DNA of 24,000 bases from Candidatus Wolframiiraptor sinensis (GTDB taxonomy: Archaea > Thermoproteota > Nitrososphaeria_A > Caldarchaeales > Wolframiiraptoraceae). The stretch spans positions 13,254 through 37,253 of the forward strand of contig JALNKA010000009.1 of assembly GCA_023261815.1 (NCBI GenBank), given 5' to 3'. Under the pieces are notes generated by a model. That model was not told the origin of the DNA and did not search any database. It was given only the letters and a program-made list of their open reading frames with translations. Of this stretch, positions 22,017 through 24,000 are shown piece by piece (positions within the stretch are counted from its first letter, which is position 1; every line of letters begins with the position of its first letter). Position numbers and translations under genes: made by a program.

Positions 22017-23823
22017 ATGCGGCTGGAGGCGGAGATTTCCACGCTAATCCCGAGCATTGAGGAGATTACGATAGAGGGCTTTAAGGAGTCATTCAGGAGG
22101 ATCCTGGAGCTTAAGCGGAGATGCGGAATAGAGCCTATACTCGATAATCCGCCGGATCTTCTGGAGCGCGCCAAGCTTTATGCGACGAGATTCAGAAATG
22201 GATCCCTCGGCTGGGCCTCGAATATCTAGCATAGATCCGAGGCCGGGACAGCGGTCATCGAGAAAGATGAGGATCTTAGGATGGAGCATAAGCTACTGAT
22301 GCGGAGAGTTCTCGAGCACATTCTCGCCCAGGGACCTTTAATCAAGGTGGATGGAATACTTGGGAAGCCCGGTAGCAGGGTTGAGCTGAGGTGCAGGCTC
22401 TACTGCGACCCCCAGTTCCCGGACATAGCGCACAGGTGGAGCCAGCTTGCATTCCCAGGAGACCCGTCAAGAGATCCGGATGTCGAGCTGATAGATATAC
22501 CCCATTATCTCGGGAACCCCGTGAACCCGGAGACCGGGAGAATGCTCATGGTCCTCAGATTCCCGAACCACGACTTCACGATAGTCACTTGCTCATCATA
22601 TCAGGGCGAGGTGAAGAAGGGGTTCCTAAGCCACTGGATACTCCACGTCTATAAGAGGGGCGGGACAGGCGAGCACGCCGCCCTCAGAGAGTTCACGGTG
22701 AAGAGAAAAGACGGAAGCGAGAAAAGGGTGATCCTGTGCATCTGGGGCCTTACGGGCTCGGGAAAAATCGACTCATGGGCTCTACGTCTGGGATAAGGCG
22801 AACATCGACATCTACATCAGGGAGTTCGGGATAAACCCGCTCGACTACGTCAAGGATCAGGAGATCAAGAATGATGACATAATAGCCATCTTCGAGGATA
22901 GGGTCATCGGATCCGAGCGAGGATCTTGGACGAAAACCGAGGACGTTGATCCGAGGCAGGTGGCGATCTGGAGAGCCGCCATGTCGCCCAGAGCACTCCA
23001 CGAGGATACGAAGTTCGACGAGAATGGCAACCCGTCGCTCGCCGGAAAGCTCTACCAATACTACGGCATGTTCAATAAGAATGCTAGATCCGTCTTCTTC
23101 CTCGATGATACGGGCTACTTCAATGGCGATGTTGAGTCGAGCGGGCCGATGAACATGGCGATCTTCCTCTCCCCCGGCTACTTCACCGACTACGCGTGGG
23201 TCAAGATAACTGATCCAGCCTTCGCCGCGAAAGTCCTAGCCGATGGGAGAACCATAGGGCACCCAGCACAATCGAGGGAAGCCTATGGAGTAATCTTCTC
23301 GACGAGATACTGCAAGCCGTTCACGATGGGGGTTCCATCAACAAGCCATGTCATCGGGTTTTACGAGATGCTGAAGAAGAGAATTGAGCTGGGAGACCCG
23401 ATAGATATCTACCAGTTCAATACCACCGGGAGGATAATCGCGGAGTACCGGTGGACGAGGATCAAGATTAACGACGAGGAGCTTGATGTGCCTCAGCCGA
23501 TATTCAAGCTAGCTCCAGATGGCGTGATGAAGCCCGTTGGAGGAACCTCTCCAACAATAGAGGAGACGGAGCTCTTCATACTCCAAGCGGCCCGCGGCGC
23601 GGTCGAATACGAGCCCCACCCAATCTGGGGCGAGAAGGTCCTGATACCGGTTGAAGTCGAAGGATTATCCGAGAAGAGGCTTAAGGAGCTCCAGCCGACG
23701 ACGTATCTCCCGATGAGCGAGTTCAAGAGATTGCTGGAGGCGCAGGTGAAGCTCAGCAAACATTATCTCGATAAAGACTGCCCAGGCCTCCCACCAGAAA
23801 TATACAACGCAATGGACTTTTAA
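22017..23823 (+). pseudogene. Divergent PEP carboxykinase (ATP)-like gene, disrupted by an in-frame TAG (22227-22229) and a +1 shift in an A5 run (22763-22767)
   Basis: Three track ORFs (22017-22229, 22281-22796, 22960-23823) form one reading of about 600 codons. The first two are in the same frame, separated only by TAG. SSYQGEVKKGFLSHW resembles the PckA T.YAGEIKKS.F block. The kinase-1a loop GLTGSGK|STHGL is restored only by skipping one A of GGGAAAAATCG. Downstream stretches (NDDIIAIFEDRVIGSERGSWTKT, NARSVFFLDD) loosely follow PckA blocks. Confidence 0.7.
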
Positions 23824-23837
23824 AATTGTCCAAGTTC

Positions 23838-23842
23838 TTTTT
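23838..23842 (+). terminator. T5 run downstream of the PEPCK-like gene
   Basis: GTTCTTTTTCC lies 15 nt after the TAA stop. Only the oligo-T is seen directly. Confidence 0.3.
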
Positions 23843-23896
23843 CCTGATCATCAACTGCATCGATTCCCCTACATCTACCCTTAAAGCCCTGTCTTC

Positions 23897-24000
23897 ATGT
23901 GGATGGGCTTGATGAGCCCGAGGAGAAGAGCTGGGGATAGGGGTGATGGTAGTAGGAGCTTCATGATAGGCCTCGCGATAACCTTGATTCTGCTGCTGGG
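23897..24000 (+). CDS. Possible start of a secreted/membrane protein (3' end outside window)
   Basis: ATG 23897 opens a frame that reaches the window edge: MWMGLMSPRRRAGDRGDGSRSFMIGLAITLILLL. This is a positively charged region followed by a hydrophobic stretch. Only 34 codons are visible. Confidence 0.3.
   Translation, partial: MWMGLMSPRRRAGDRGDGSRSFMIGLAITLILLL

Noticed and set aside
22227-22229. In-frame TAG in the PEPCK-like gene as pyrrolysine or another recoded sense codon
   Set aside because: TAG terminates at least six well-supported genes in this window: PCNA 849-851, FAU-1-like 4321-4323, gap 7058-7060, ppcA 10957-10959, the epimerase 14230-14232 and PriS-like 18455-18457. No pyl genes are visible. 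The same gene also carries a frameshift, so a nonsense mutation is the simpler explanation.
15331-23759. Remaining shadow ORFs (15331..15585, 15392..15577, 16007..16204, 16134..16433, 16624..16875, 16898..17107, 17834..18160, 17952..18203, 18200..18406, 18507..18851, 20179..20382, 20208..20528, 20529..20822, 21022..21312, 21317..21592, 21373..21567, 21953..22174, 22089..22289, 22391..22654, 22750..23058, 22946..23152, 23493..23759)
   Set aside because: They overlap better-supported genes or the insert on the other strand or frame. They lack motifs, plausible starts and promoter context.

Overview
This is an archaeal chromosomal segment. Hallmarks are PCNA, Alba, archaeal-type PEP carboxylase, a PriS-like AEP primase, an A24 prepilin/preflagellin peptidase, a presenilin-like protease, AT-rich TATA-like boxes about 25-45 nt upstream of starts, and several GTG/TTG starts. 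I count about 26 protein genes and one tRNA-Pro(CGG). Most are housekeeping: central carbon metabolism (gap, pgk, ppcA, a PEPCK-like gene), translation (methanogen-type SerRS, Trm112-like), NAD(P)HX repair and envelope proteins. I saw no rRNA, no CRISPR array and no recognisable defence island. The most unusual locus is 15.4-17.6 kb. There a KaiC/aRadC-like RecA-superfamily ATPase gene is split exactly at its conserved GIEHxADG motif by a 1.36-kb out-of-frame insert. The insert carries a free-standing HTH+LAGLIDADG homing endonuclease. It is not an intein. It is either an endonuclease-bearing intron in a protein-coding archaeal gene or a gene-killing insertion. Other points worth a second look: (1) a PriS-like primase gene, translationally coupled to the split ATPase, that needs a -1 frame change; (2) a divergent PEPCK-like gene with an in-frame TAG and a +1 shift inside its P-loop; (3) an NAD(P)HX epimerase fused to a degenerate dehydratase-like domain, with an intact stand-alone dehydratase 5 kb away; (4) a ribbon-helix-helix/nucleotidyltransferase fusion next to an array of 19-nt repeats that mimic the gap start-codon context; (5) a perfect 20-nt palindrome over the promoter of an ECF S-component-like gene. 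All family calls rest on motif recognition by eye, with no database searches.
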